Positions 11,001 through 20,467 of a stretch of DNA of 64,000 nt are shown piece by piece (positions within the stretch are counted from its first letter, which is position 1; every line of letters starts with the position of its first letter). The notes under the pieces are model-generated. The model worked only from the letters and a program-made list of their open reading frames with translations, did no database searches and was not told where the DNA came from. The DNA is from Candidatus Poribacteria bacterium (GTDB taxonomy: Bacteria; Poribacteria; WGA-4E; PCPOR2b). The stretch covers positions 4,224,001-4,288,000 of the forward strand of contig OZ242351.1 of the NCBI GenBank assembly GCA_965208675.1. Direction: 5' to 3'. The position numbers were made by a program, and so were the translations under genes.

Positions 11001-11826
11001 CCCTCAGCTCGTTTTCGATGTTCTTGAGTTGTGTTACATCGTGCGTAACTACAACGCCTCCTTTCAATTCTCCGTTTTTGTCGTACAGGGGCCGCCCGCT
11101 GACATAGACACGAACCCCGTCCGGGCGCTTTTCATTCCGCACGTACATCTCAATATTATCAGTCTTCTCACCGCGAACGGCACGCACTAGCGGCAATTCC
11201 TCCTCCCTAAAGAGAGTTTCGCCATCAGCGTGGAAGAGACCGTAAGTTCCACTTCTCTCGGCAAAGGGAACACTTGGCATACCGGGGCCGTTCAATTCTT
11301 CAGCGGACGGATTAAACATGAAGTAATCTCCATTTACATTCGACGCGATCACTCCGTCGCTGATATTATCAAAAATTTCCTTCATGAATCCGACGCGTTC
11401 TTCCAGCCGCTCAATTGTCGATTCTAGCTCCGTTTCTTTCTCTGCTATTTGTTGAAGTTTCCGGTGACGGCGCAAGCTCTTTTCGATGCTCAATCGCAAC
11501 TGGTTTGTTTCATAGGGAGGGAAGACGCACTCAAACCGAATTGCGTCAGATAACTGCTCAATCAATTCTTCGGTTAATTTCCCAATCAGGCATACGACTG
11601 GAATATTTAACCGACTATTTATCTTCTTTATGAATTGAATGTCCGCTCCCTGTAGGTCCATACTGATTAGGGCTATGTCGGGCGAAATTTCTTCCACCTT
11701 TTCTACGGCTTGTGCATCGGACGCAACCGAGGCGCGTACCGTATATCCGGAAGCTTTGAGTCGTGCCGCTAAGTCTTCAGCAACGAGGGGGTTATTTTCA
11801 ACAATAAGGATTTTTGAGCTTGCCAT
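8062..11826 (-). CDS. Cytoplasmic histidine kinase: pseudo-REC + 6 PAS + HisKA/HATPase
   Basis: REC-like domain with S at the phospho-Asp position (IALISMD); six PAS repeats with 'ELPLV.A..G' and 'GGV.V..D[VI]T' plus coiled linkers; kinase core closely paralogous to 5438-7897. Confidence 0.93.
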   Translation of the reverse strand: MASSKILIVENNPLVAEDLAARLKASGYTVRASVASDAQAVEKVEEISPDIALISMDLQGADIQFIKKINSRLNIPVVCLIGKLTEELIEQLSDAIRFECVFPPYETNQLRLSIEKSLRRHRKLQQIAEKETELESTIERLEERVGFMKEIFDNISDGVIASNVNGDYFMFNPSAEELNGPGMPSVPFAERSGTYGLFHADGETLFREEELPLVRAVRGEKTDNIEMYVRNEKRPDGVRVYVSGRPLYDKNGELKGGVVVTHDVTQLKNIENELRETISKLENQTKIMVTIVSTIADGVIAMDLDGNNLLYNAPTEEVTGSFPALEELNEWSEMYHVYHLDGKTKYTVNELPLVRALRGEATDNALMQVRRENKTYVLNVTGRPIFDGRGNLSGGVVVFNDITQLRATEARLESTIHELKQQTRLMQIAFDSISDGVVVMDASARILLANPSLQRMSGVKVEDAPPEEWAEKYGLFHIDEETQVPTQENLLVRALNGEETEEMEFILQNDKKQGKTYLRAKAYTLHSHDSSEVTGAIAVIRDITADKLAMTKLEQMMQKYQQQAQLMDTVFNSLSEGIVVTDKKGKFLFVNPKAEQIAGMGATGATPEQWSEVYGVFYPDKVTPYPSNELPLVLAMQGKDTNDVDLFLRNSKRPEGVHFRVTGRPLLDENGVLNGGVTVLRDVTKLKSVENRLAKTVEELQSQSRLLNTIFNSISDGIIVADSEGKIVMHNSAVEQTVGPNLEQTYLSQAQENFGLFQPENKSPFPVEQLPLVRALQGEKVTNIETVVQNSTLPDGLYVSISASPLLNESGAIEGGVAVGRDITAIKQTEQQLKDSIDKLEHQSQLMQSIFDSISDGVVVADENGHFTIFNPSAERIVGQGATNTDPDEWSDQYGLFFPDRETPFPPDELPLVKAIRGEETDSVEMFVRNPKLPDGLYISVSGRPLRDRNGDRKGGVVVFRDVSDKIFAEEALAQAFSQGRLEIVDTILHNIGNAVNSVATGIGTLNNRLTDNRLIHRLNALADAIRTHQDDWIDYIKHNPQGQKVLPFVLALAEDFTKQNQDLIHTVERVSNRATHIVDIVRTQKSFSDTSAVRKDVDLKKIINDGVKLLQDSIDKRGIQLHIDCQKAPKEIRIQESQFHQMIVNLIKNSVEAIDELANSDGIGQPPRIVVNAYLKENHLCIDVTDNGIGIENSKYKTIFAAGYTTKASGSGLGLHSTANFVVGSGGKIYPLSEGIGKGATMRIMLRLDSITP

Positions 11827-12037
11827 TTAATTCTCCTGTAACAGTTTAGTTAAAGAAATTGGTCTATCTAGCTGTGGGGCTGTCGAGTTTGGTCAATGAA
11901 GGCGGCGCAATGGCCGTGGTTTTGTGCTTCTATATCAATGTATAAATCAAGCCGCATAACCATTACCGCCCGGCTTGCGGATGAAAACGCAAATCTGTCC
12001 CCCCTAACATCTGCAGCCAAGTTCAATATCTAATACA

Positions 12038-12053
12038 CGCAATTTATATGCCA
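12038..12053 (-). promoter_or_regulatory. Sigma-54 promoter upstream of the 6-PAS kinase
   Basis: Minus strand TGGCATATAAATTGCG (GG-N10-GC with TTGC), about 210 bp upstream of ATG 11826. Confidence 0.75.
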
Positions 12054-12294
12054 GTCTGAGCGGATTGGGCCTAATTTCATTCAACCAATGCTCAACGCGG
12101 AGTTAAGAAACCGTGAATCGGAGAGATTTCCGGATCGCATTGGCTATTAAGTCAGATGGATTGAGATAATCTACATTCGTGCTTACAAGAATATCTTTCA
12201 CACCAGTGAGCGAAAAGACGAATTCGGTGCTGCTGGAAGGTGTTAACACACTTGCTAGGCGCAACGATTGTCTTTACGAATGTCAGTCATCTGC

Positions 12295-14994
12295 TTATGA
12301 CTGCAAATTCGTTGGGCAATCCATCTGAACCGAATTGGGGCATAGCTCCATAATGGACATGTGTTTCTTGGCGGGATCAAACTGCTCTAAGCTTGTGAAA
12401 GTTGTCACGGCGTTCGGAAAAAGTCGCTCTGCCATTGCCCGAAGGAGACGAGCATTTATCCAATCTACAGCAGACCCCTCATACTTGGCTGGTCCCTTGA
12501 AACCGCTTCGATAAAGCGGACGTCCAGTTTTTCCGGACAGGCGTGGTGGAACATGGTGATAGTCCGAAATCTGTGTTACCAGCAGGTCGATAATCTCTAA
12601 TACGCCTTGTGGGTGGAGCAGTTTAAGCATCTGTAATCCACCTTCAATCGCGCGATTGGAAAGGTGTATCCATATATTATGGGGGTATTCCGCCAAAACT
12701 TCGTGCAGAACATTCCCTTGATCTGGAATTTCCGGTGTTTCAATGAAGCGCAGGTCGGCCAAAGATGGGATAGCAACGTAGCGCTCCTCTAACTTGAAAC
12801 CATTCCAGAGGTCCAACCAGAAATGATAGAATTGACGGCCGCCTTCCTCCGCACCGAGCATATTCAGAAAATCCGACTGATAGCGAGTCAGAAACTCCTT
12901 CACTTCCGTATCATGCGTTGAAAGTTGCTGGAGATCCGCTTCCAAACTATGTCGATTGAGATTATATTTTTCCGCTAATGACTTTAAAATTTCTGCCGGT
13001 AGATAGAGACGCGCCTCAATGAGGTAGCGATGTCCGTCTATCTGTGCTACTTTATCCGTCGGAACGTTATCCGTGACGTTTGTTGAGTGTATTCGCATAA
13101 TGCGGCCGGCGAAGGAACTCAGTGCATGCAAAGGAGCTTCAGCGTGTAAGGGCAGATACGTAAGCGGTATATCGTTTCGCGCCGTGCCTAATTCAGCCTG
13201 TGCTTCTGACAGCACGGATTCTGAAAAATCAGCCAGAACATACTGCATCCGATTCAATAGAGGTTCGATTCCTTGTGAACGCGCTAGCTCAACCAACATG
13301 TCAATAAAGATGCGGGCGCGTTCCACGCTGGCAATACCAATCTCGACGTAGACGTACTCATCTCCGGTATCGCCGATTGCTTGAATTTGATTCAAGAATT
13401 TCTCAACAGTGTAACGAGTCAATGCCTCATTCATATCCGGCGACCCGTGCACGGCATCTCGATAGTCCCGATTATGCGCTGTCATGAAGGGTGTTTTATG
13501 CTGCCAGAAAGCGTCATTGAATTTCCAGACAAGACTCTTGGTATAGGGAACATAATCGCCAATCACGACACCGTTGGCGCTCTCTGTCTCTCCGCGTGCT
13601 GCCCGTTCTAACATTCTTCGAATTGTCTTTGTTAATCTTTGTGTTGAAGGGTGTTGCCGCAGATCGACCGCCAGTTCCCAATCCTTTGAGACGGAGACCT
13701 CATCCGCCTCATCCTGCACAAAAGGGCGAAATGCAATGGGGGCTCGAAAATGGTGCTTATAAGTAATACGGTTCCAGTAAGATCTAAAACGGGCGGGCCG
13801 CCATTTGGGTGGCAATTCGCCTAACGAATATTTCAAGGCTTCCAACGCATTGCGAAATTCTTCGACGTAACCTGGATCTACGAGCCCGGGTTCGTGAACG
13901 ACTACAGCGCCCATCCCGTGCAAACGGGGAATGAGTTGTTTAATGTCTTCGTTAGCCCGATCCGCTGGCGCCAATTTCGCCGCCGTAAGTATCTTCTCAA
14001 TGTCGCGGGAAGCCTGAATTGGCATGAGATGAATCCCAGCAACATCGGGAAGTTGACAAATTTTCTTTATGAGTTCGACAGTCCAATTCGAACGGAATGT
14101 GCGGAAAGCTTCTTTGCCGGCGGCTTCCGCCTCCTTAAAATTTTCCAAGAGTGAGCGCGCTTCCGGATTGCGTTGGCTAATGCCGACAAGCAAGAACCAG
14201 AAGCGAAGCGCCTTTACCGAGGCGATTATTGGGAGGCCCACGACGATTGGAATCCGTTGCACTAAACCGCGTTCAAAAGCTAGGTGCCACCATTTTGAAA
14301 AAACGTCCCAGAGCAGGGGCGGCTGAGTCAGTATCGCTTCAGCGCCAGCGTCTAGTTTCTGCTGTAAGCGATTCACGCGCGCGGTCACGGATTTGCCCGC
14401 AAAAGGGTTTTCCACTGCCCAAATCGATAAATCGGACGGTAGTGTGCCGGCGCACCGCATTCGGTTGAGGAGAGAAAGTATCCTGAACGAGTTCATCGGT
14501 AGTAACCGAGACGCGCCGGGCACTCTTCGAATAGGGTGGCCGCCCGACACGACTAGAACGCCCTTTGCTCCGTTGTCGATAGCGCGGTTAACTCGATCTA
14601 TGACTATTTTACGCGTTCGGGCATTGGCAGCAATCGTGAAGATAGGTTCAGGCGTGTCTCCCAGAACTCCCAGATTATCCATTTTCCCAGTAAATCGGGG
14701 AAAATCCACGACGGTAACCGCGTCAACCCATCCCTTCCGCAATAGACGCTGGTATCGCTTGAACTGCTTTTGGAAGTGTGGGTCCTCGAATTCTTTTGGC
14801 GTTTGAAGTTCTACCGTAATTACGAACTGTCCTTCTTTGAAGCGGCGTGCTGCTGGAAGCGCCGTAACATCAAGCGCCTCTGTTATGCAATTTTCACCAT
14901 CGGCAGAGGGTGAATTCATGTCAGTTTGCACTGATTGTTCTTCCTTATAATCTAAATAATCTAGTGAACTTGGCGTCGCGCGCAATTCACTCAA
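12295..14994 (-). CDS. MTHFR-like FAD-linked domain fused to a SAM-dependent methyltransferase-like domain
   Basis: N-terminal 'TVELQTPK', 'KLDAGAEAILTQP' and 'GIHLM' resemble MetF motifs. C-terminal 'YVEIGIAS', 'YVLADFS' and 'TNVTDNVPTD' resemble class I MTase motifs. Start uncertain (TTG 14994 or a later ATG). Confidence 0.7.
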   Translation of the reverse strand: MSELRATPSSLDYLDYKEEQSVQTDMNSPSADGENCITEALDVTALPAARRFKEGQFVITVELQTPKEFEDPHFQKQFKRYQRLLRKGWVDAVTVVDFPRFTGKMDNLGVLGDTPEPIFTIAANARTRKIVIDRVNRAIDNGAKGVLVVSGGHPIRRVPGASRLLPMNSFRILSLLNRMRCAGTLPSDLSIWAVENPFAGKSVTARVNRLQQKLDAGAEAILTQPPLLWDVFSKWWHLAFERGLVQRIPIVVGLPIIASVKALRFWFLLVGISQRNPEARSLLENFKEAEAAGKEAFRTFRSNWTVELIKKICQLPDVAGIHLMPIQASRDIEKILTAAKLAPADRANEDIKQLIPRLHGMGAVVVHEPGLVDPGYVEEFRNALEALKYSLGELPPKWRPARFRSYWNRITYKHHFRAPIAFRPFVQDEADEVSVSKDWELAVDLRQHPSTQRLTKTIRRMLERAARGETESANGVVIGDYVPYTKSLVWKFNDAFWQHKTPFMTAHNRDYRDAVHGSPDMNEALTRYTVEKFLNQIQAIGDTGDEYVYVEIGIASVERARIFIDMLVELARSQGIEPLLNRMQYVLADFSESVLSEAQAELGTARNDIPLTYLPLHAEAPLHALSSFAGRIMRIHSTNVTDNVPTDKVAQIDGHRYLIEARLYLPAEILKSLAEKYNLNRHSLEADLQQLSTHDTEVKEFLTRYQSDFLNMLGAEEGGRQFYHFWLDLWNGFKLEERYVAIPSLADLRFIETPEIPDQGNVLHEVLAEYPHNIWIHLSNRAIEGGLQMLKLLHPQGVLEIIDLLVTQISDYHHVPPRLSGKTGRPLYRSGFKGPAKYEGSAVDWINARLLRAMAERLFPNAVTTFTSLEQFDPAKKHMSIMELCPNSVQMDCPTNLQS

Positions 14995-16585
14995 ATGTCC
15001 GGTAATTTAGAAATGTCTTCCCGTTTGCTTCGATTTTTATGTCTGAAAGGGTTTCTGTTCTCAGATGTATCCCGTCATCGTCTAGAAAGAAGAGTGATAC
15101 GTTATGTGTTCCCTCTGGAAGCGGCATTCGCACGAGAGATATCTGATTTGGAAGTGTTTCCCAGGAGCGGGTGTCTGCGCGCTCGGTGGCAACGTTGACC
15201 AAATTCACGAGGCGGCCAAGTATTTCACCTTTCTTTTCCGCGCGGCGAAAAGCCAGGTACTTCAAAATTGCGCGTACGACGGTTCGGATTAGAATTGTGT
15301 TCTGCTCGGAAGCGAACGTGGCGAGCGCCGCGCCTTCAACGTCTTCGACCAAGACACTATTCGCTTGGATGTTCAATTTCCCCGAATCGAAATTGATGAT
15401 TTCCGGAAGTTGGCTTTCGGCCTCAATCCTATCAAGGTTATCGCGATTAGAAATAGGCTCAACTTCTAAATTGACCTGCACCAACCGAGGGCGATTCGAT
15501 GTGTAGACCGGAATTGCTACTCGCAACAGATATTCGAGTTCTACCTCTTCATAACGGAGGTTGCGGCGCCGCGAGACGGTATCCGCGAATTCCCAGAGTT
15601 CGTCTTCGTTTTCTTCGCGCCTCTTTTTTCCGCTGGCGATTGGGTCGGTTTTCAAGATTGGGAAATAGAGGTTTTCCGTAGTTTTGTGCGGGACAAAGCC
15701 ACTTTCGTAGATGAAGATGAGTTCACCAAAATTGGGCGGAAACGGATCCGGTTCTCCATATAGTTCTGTGTAACGATTCAGATCTTCAACGAAGCCCAAA
15801 TGGCGTGCGAGCCGTACGAGTGCATGTCCGATGTCGTCTGGCGGTGAAACGCCAAGCTGCTCTGCATAACGCTGATACCCTGCCTCCGCCCATTGATACG
15901 CAATATATGCGTTGTTCCAGTCCTCGACCCATTCATAGAAGATTCCCGAGAGATAAGCGACGAATGCTGCACCGGCAAAATTGTAGGTTTCATCTTCATC
16001 GGAGTAGTATTGGAGAAGTTGACCTGCACGCCGACATTCGACCAAGGCGTCGTCCGGAAGATTCAGATAGGCGTAGTTAAGGGCGCGGTAGTAGTGAATA
16101 AGCATCCTTTCGTAACGTGTACCTGGATACGGACGAATAGTATCTGAGGTCAGAAGCGATGCAATCTCCCTGGAGATGCTTTTCGTGTAAAGATCCTCGG
16201 CGATAATCTCGGCGCGTCCAAATTCCTGATTGCTTTCCTCAAAGCGATTTGCATAGTGGGCAATGAGGCCTCGTTCGAAAAGGTAGGGGAGATTTCTTTT
16301 TTTCGAATCCTCTTTATCAAGATGTGTTAATGCGGTTTCAAATTCTCCTCGTTCAATTGCGAGGCGCACTTCGTGCATGCTGTAACCGCCGCAACCGATG
16401 AGGATTGGCAGAATAAGTGAACAGCCCACTCTCCATATGGCAAATTGTCTGCAAAAGTGTATTGTCAACAGACGAAAGAGAGAAGGACTATTTTGGCGGG
16501 GATTATCCGGCGAATGCGGCGATTGAGGCGAAACACGAGTTCGCCGGCGCGAAGGAACTGTGTGGGGAAAGAATGGCGTCGGCAT
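14987..16585 (-). CDS. COG3014-type TPR lipoprotein
   Basis: Lipobox-like LIGC; 'LFERG', 'PYPG..YER', 'ALVECRR', 'ERADTRSWETLP' typical of the lipoprotein found next to lpoB; true start may be downstream. Confidence 0.75.
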   Translation of the reverse strand: MPTPFFPHTVPSRRRTRVSPQSPHSPDNPRQNSPSLFRLLTIHFCRQFAIWRVGCSLILPILIGCGGYSMHEVRLAIERGEFETALTHLDKEDSKKRNLPYLFERGLIAHYANRFEESNQEFGRAEIIAEDLYTKSISREIASLLTSDTIRPYPGTRYERMLIHYYRALNYAYLNLPDDALVECRRAGQLLQYYSDEDETYNFAGAAFVAYLSGIFYEWVEDWNNAYIAYQWAEAGYQRYAEQLGVSPPDDIGHALVRLARHLGFVEDLNRYTELYGEPDPFPPNFGELIFIYESGFVPHKTTENLYFPILKTDPIASGKKRREENEDELWEFADTVSRRRNLRYEEVELEYLLRVAIPVYTSNRPRLVQVNLEVEPISNRDNLDRIEAESQLPEIINFDSGKLNIQANSVLVEDVEGAALATFASEQNTILIRTVVRAILKYLAFRRAEKKGEILGRLVNLVNVATERADTRSWETLPNQISLVRMPLPEGTHNVSLFFLDDDGIHLRTETLSDIKIEANGKTFLNYRTFE

Positions 16586-16588
16586 GCA

Positions 16589-17209
16589 CTAGAAAACAGC
16601 CTTTTTACGTTCGATAAGTTTCTTAATTTTCTTTTGCCCCAACCAAACCTTCTCATTTGACTCAATGTTTGTGAGGATTAGATCCACTTGGTAATAGGTG
16701 ACTTGCGTTCCACCTTCGCGATCTTGAATGGTGTTGATTTCGCCGGTCATCATATAGTCTGCGCCGTGTTCGCGCCGCATTCTCTTGATAGTTTCGGCAC
16801 GTGCGAACTCACTCTGATCTTCTTTTTCTGCGCGAAGTTCCCCCCTTTCTTCCGCACTGGCGACGACGGTAACTCGGCCTGAATTGATGAAGGCACGTTC
16901 GATATCGTTCACAAATGTATTAATTGCGATGTGTTCCATGCTCATGTTACGAACCGCTCCAACAATGACGATGGGCTTCACGGCCTTGGATTGCGTCATG
17001 TGATTCGTAATCCACGGGTGATTTAGACAATCTAGAATCATCGCTTCGGATACCTGACGAGAGTCCGTGTCGTTCCACCGCCCGGAAAGATCAACGGTGG
17101 TGTCCGTCTCAATGCGTTCTACTGTTTTATGGGCGCTGCATCCAATAAACATAATTATTACAACAAAGAAATTAACCGTGTACAAATGATGTTTCGCTAT
17201 GTTTTTCAT
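16589..17209 (-). CDS. lpoB: Penicillin-binding protein activator LpoB-family lipoprotein
   Basis: Lipobox FIGC; 'DLSGRWNDTDS', 'GADYMMTGEI', 'YYQVDL', 'KKIKK'. Confidence 0.85.
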   Translation of the reverse strand: MKNIAKHHLYTVNFFVVIIMFIGCSAHKTVERIETDTTVDLSGRWNDTDSRQVSEAMILDCLNHPWITNHMTQSKAVKPIVIVGAVRNMSMEHIAINTFVNDIERAFINSGRVTVVASAEERGELRAEKEDQSEFARAETIKRMRREHGADYMMTGEINTIQDREGGTQVTYYQVDLILTNIESNEKVWLGQKKIKKLIERKKAVF

Positions 17210-17301
17210 GATGTCTTCCTAAATTTTTCAGGGGTTGATTCTAAATTTACGGATTAAAGAATGGCTTCAATCATTGAAAATACAATTTCATTCGCCTCTA
17301 A

Positions 17302-18165
17302 CTATTGGCGGATGAACTTCTGGAACCGTCCCTCTACCGCTACCTCGCCGACGTAAAGATCGCCATGGGAATCCATCCAGATGCCGTGCGGCGCGCCAAG
17401 GAATTCACCGGGCACCCGGCTTTTTCTCGCACCTCCCCAGTTAGTAATCTGTTTGCCGTCAAGTGTGTAGATACTAACTTGGCCTTCTGCTTCGGCAAGG
17501 TAAACGACATCGTCATTTGGGTCAAAATATACGGTGTCTGGGCGCCGCAAATCGGTCCACTCTGACAGGAAATGCCCCTCAGTATCGAAGATTTGAATTC
17601 GATTGTTCTCTCGGTCGCAAATCCAAACACGGTCATGCTTGTCTATCCGCACACAATGGGATAGTTGGAACTGCCCTGGTCCACTTCCTGATTCGCCCCA
17701 AGACATTAACAGGTCTCCGTCAGGCGAATACTTATGGACTCTTGAATTTCCGTACCCATCCGAAACGAACAGCTCGCCTGTTGAAGCAATTGCCAAGTCG
17801 GTCGGAAAGTTAAACGGGTCGCCGTCCCTTGGTGCGGGTTGACCCGGCACACCGAGCGTCATCAACAGTTCTCCGTTTGGATTCAGCTTACGTACGCAAT
17901 GCGTGTTACGCTCGGTACAGTAAACGTTGTCCTCGGCATCAATGTATATACCGTGTGCATCCTCCAAGATATCGTCGCCCCATGACGCCAGGAAGTTCCC
18001 TTCGCGGTCAAAGATTACTAACGGGTGTTCGCTGCGCGAGTAGACATAAACGCGATCCTGCGAATCACATGCGACCGCCGGAATCCAGCCCCATGTCCAA
18101 CCTTCGGGCAACGTCCCCCAACCCTCTGCAAGTTCATATGTATAATCGCCTGAACCGAATGCCAT
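17302..18165 (-). CDS. NHL-repeat protein (peptidyl-alpha-hydroxyglycine alpha-amidating lyase family)
   Basis: 'FNFPTDLA..LFVSDGYGNSRVHKY', 'CDRENNRIQIF', 'PHGIWMDSHGDLYVGEV'. Confidence 0.9.
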   Translation of the reverse strand: MAFGSGDYTYELAEGWGTLPEGWTWGWIPAVACDSQDRVYVYSRSEHPLVIFDREGNFLASWGDDILEDAHGIYIDAEDNVYCTERNTHCVRKLNPNGELLMTLGVPGQPAPRDGDPFNFPTDLAIASTGELFVSDGYGNSRVHKYSPDGDLLMSWGESGSGPGQFQLSHCVRIDKHDRVWICDRENNRIQIFDTEGHFLSEWTDLRRPDTVYFDPNDDVVYLAEAEGQVSIYTLDGKQITNWGGARKSRVPGEFLGAPHGIWMDSHGDLYVGEVAVEGRFQKFIRQ

Positions 18166-18372
18166 CTGTCTTTACCTCTTGAAAAAATATAGCTCACGTA
18201 GTTGAACAAAAAGGTGTTGTAATTTGATGCGTCATCACGAAAGCGGGTCAGGATATCCTGCGCACAATAGGTGTCGAGTCTGAACACGCGCTACAATCCG
18301 CTATGATTCGTGAAACTACATCCTCTTATGCATAAGCTTTGAAGGATAATGAGCAGCCAAAACCTTTCAAAC

Positions 18373-19323
18373 TCATAATTCGTTCACTGGAAAACGCGGC
18401 GCTCCACCTTTCAAGACTGTTACTACGTCGTTTACCGCCGTGTCGCACATCCGGTCAATAGCCTCTTCCGTTTTGTATGCTGTCCAAGGTGTGGAGATTA
18501 CGTTGTCCAGTTTTACAAGTGAATCACCTGGCGGACAAGGCGCAGGATCGTGGACATCTATTGCCGCGCCTGCAATCTGCTTTTCCTTTAGTGCATAAAT
18601 TAATGCGCTTTTATCCACTACGTCCGGCCTACTAGTGTTTACCAGATATGCGTCCTTTTTCATCAACTTCAGCCTTCGCTCGTCTATTAGTCCTTGCGTG
18701 TGCTCGTTGAGCGCGGTGTGCAGGGTAACAATGTCGGACTGAGCCATCAATTCATCCAGCGGGACGTATCGGATTTGCCAATTCTCTGCGAAAGCATGGT
18801 CATGATAAACATCAAACGCGAGAATGTTAGCGCCAAATCCTCTTGCTTTTTTAATGACTTCTTGCCCTATCGCACCAGCCCCGATAACGCCTACGGTCAT
18901 ACTTGACAGTTCTCTGCCTGCGAATTGCTTCCACTCTCCGTTTTTCATCTCCTGAGCCATAGCGGGAATGTTTCTTAATAGGCACAGGATGAGGCCGATA
19001 GTAAAATCGGAGACAGCATGGCTTCCTGCACCTGGAGTTGTGGTAACCCAGACGGCATTCTTTGTCGCAGCTCTTAAGTCGACTTGGTCATAGCCTGCCC
19101 CTGTCCGTGCGATTATCTTCAGTTTGTCAGCCGCCTTAAATACCTTATCCGTATAGCGTTCACTTCCAGCAATTACCGCGTCTATACCTCGTATTGTCCG
19201 GCAGAAATCATCTTCCGTTATGTCACTCAGGGAGTCGTCAATTATTTCACAGTCATTCTTCTCCAAGCAAGTTCTAGCATCGTTGGTCAAATAGTGCTGT
19301 GTATTGATTACGTTAAATGGCAT
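18373..19323 (-). CDS. D-2-hydroxyacid (phosphoglycerate dehydrogenase-like) dehydrogenase
   Basis: 'ARTGAGYDQVD', GAGAIG, 'LVNTSR', 'AAIDV'. Start moved to ATG 19323 (MPFNV). The usual 'TPH' His reads TPW. Confidence 0.85.
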   Translation of the reverse strand: MPFNVINTQHYLTNDARTCLEKNDCEIIDDSLSDITEDDFCRTIRGIDAVIAGSERYTDKVFKAADKLKIIARTGAGYDQVDLRAATKNAVWVTTTPGAGSHAVSDFTIGLILCLLRNIPAMAQEMKNGEWKQFAGRELSSMTVGVIGAGAIGQEVIKKARGFGANILAFDVYHDHAFAENWQIRYVPLDELMAQSDIVTLHTALNEHTQGLIDERRLKLMKKDAYLVNTSRPDVVDKSALIYALKEKQIAGAAIDVHDPAPCPPGDSLVKLDNVISTPWTAYKTEEAIDRMCDTAVNDVVTVLKGGAPRFPVNEL

Positions 19324-19559
19324 CAGCTGAAACTCTTGATTTTCTTCTGTTGTTAGTATTGTTGCGGTTACGTGAATATAGCTCACAGTATAGAGCATAA
19401 TGGACACCATGTCAATACAAATTTGGGTAATCAGATAAGATTTGAAAGTTTGGTAAAATTTGAAAATTGTAGTGTATAATAGATACTCTTTAAAACCCAA
19501 ACGGGTGAACAAAAACGGAGTAGGGAAATGTTCACTTCAATTCAATATGGAGGAAAGCG

Positions 19560-20324
19560 ATGACAGCCAGAAACGTGCTCATCACCGGCAAGAGCGGATT
19601 GATTGGAGGGGTAGTGTACGAGCACTTAAACTCGGTAGGCAAGTATGCATTGAGTGCGCTCAACCGCCGCGATGTGCCGGGAGTGAAATTATGGCGTGCA
19701 GATATCGCCGATTTAGACGCAATCCGGTCAGCTTTTGAAGGGGTGGATGTGGTGGTGCATCTAGCAGCGATGGCACAAGGGGATGCGGCATGGGAAGAGG
19801 TGCTTGAACCGAATATCATTGGAACCTACAACGTCTTCGAGGCGTCACGCCAAGCAGGTGTAAAACGCATCGTTTACGCTAGCAGCGGCTCAACCATAAA
19901 TCGGTGGGAATTGGATTATCCGTACAGCGCTTTAGCCCAGGGGCGTTACGATGAAGCTCCCGAAACGTGGAAGAAAATAACGCACAAGTCGCCGGTACGC
20001 CCGGATGGGCTTTATGGAGCAAGCAAGGTATGGGGGGAAGCATTAGCGCGGCATTTCTCGGACAATTGTGGTATTTCTACTGTCTGTGTTCGCATCGGCG
20101 CAGTTACGGCCGAAAACCGTCCGCGCCAGCCGCGCGAGTTTGCGGTCTGGTGCAGCCACCGCGACATCGCCCAGATGGTGGAGAAGTGTATTGAAGCGCC
20201 TGACAGCGTGCGGTTTGACATCTTTTATGCGGTGTCAAACAACAAATGGGGTTACCGCGATTTTTCACACGCTAGTGAGGTCATCGGCTATGAACCACAG
20301 GATTCTGCAGAATCGCATAGATAA
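19560..20324 (+). CDS. NAD-dependent epimerase/dehydratase, uronate dehydrogenase-like
   Basis: TGKSGLIG, VVHLAA, 'RPDGLYGASK', 'VRIG', 'W.SHRD', 'YAVSNN'; RBS GGAGG. Confidence 0.85.
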   Translation: MTARNVLITGKSGLIGGVVYEHLNSVGKYALSALNRRDVPGVKLWRADIADLDAIRSAFEGVDVVVHLAAMAQGDAAWEEVLEPNIIGTYNVFEASRQAGVKRIVYASSGSTINRWELDYPYSALAQGRYDEAPETWKKITHKSPVRPDGLYGASKVWGEALARHFSDNCGISTVCVRIGAVTAENRPRQPREFAVWCSHRDIAQMVEKCIEAPDSVRFDIFYAVSNNKWGYRDFSHASEVIGYEPQDSAESHR

Positions 20325-20467
20325 CCCCAAAGCATCATTCTTTTGCGGCGGCAGAAGGGCAATGGGCTGTGATTATGGCTATTGACATACTACGCACTGG
20401 TTAGGTGCGTCTTCGATTGGGCGAGGTACTTACGTGTATCCGCATCGGTTGAGCGCCTCCCCATTCC

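Noticed and set aside
12103-12115. TTAAGAAACCGTG shared with ~31509-31521
   Set aside because: Too short and only two copies; may be remnants of another repeat but unsupported
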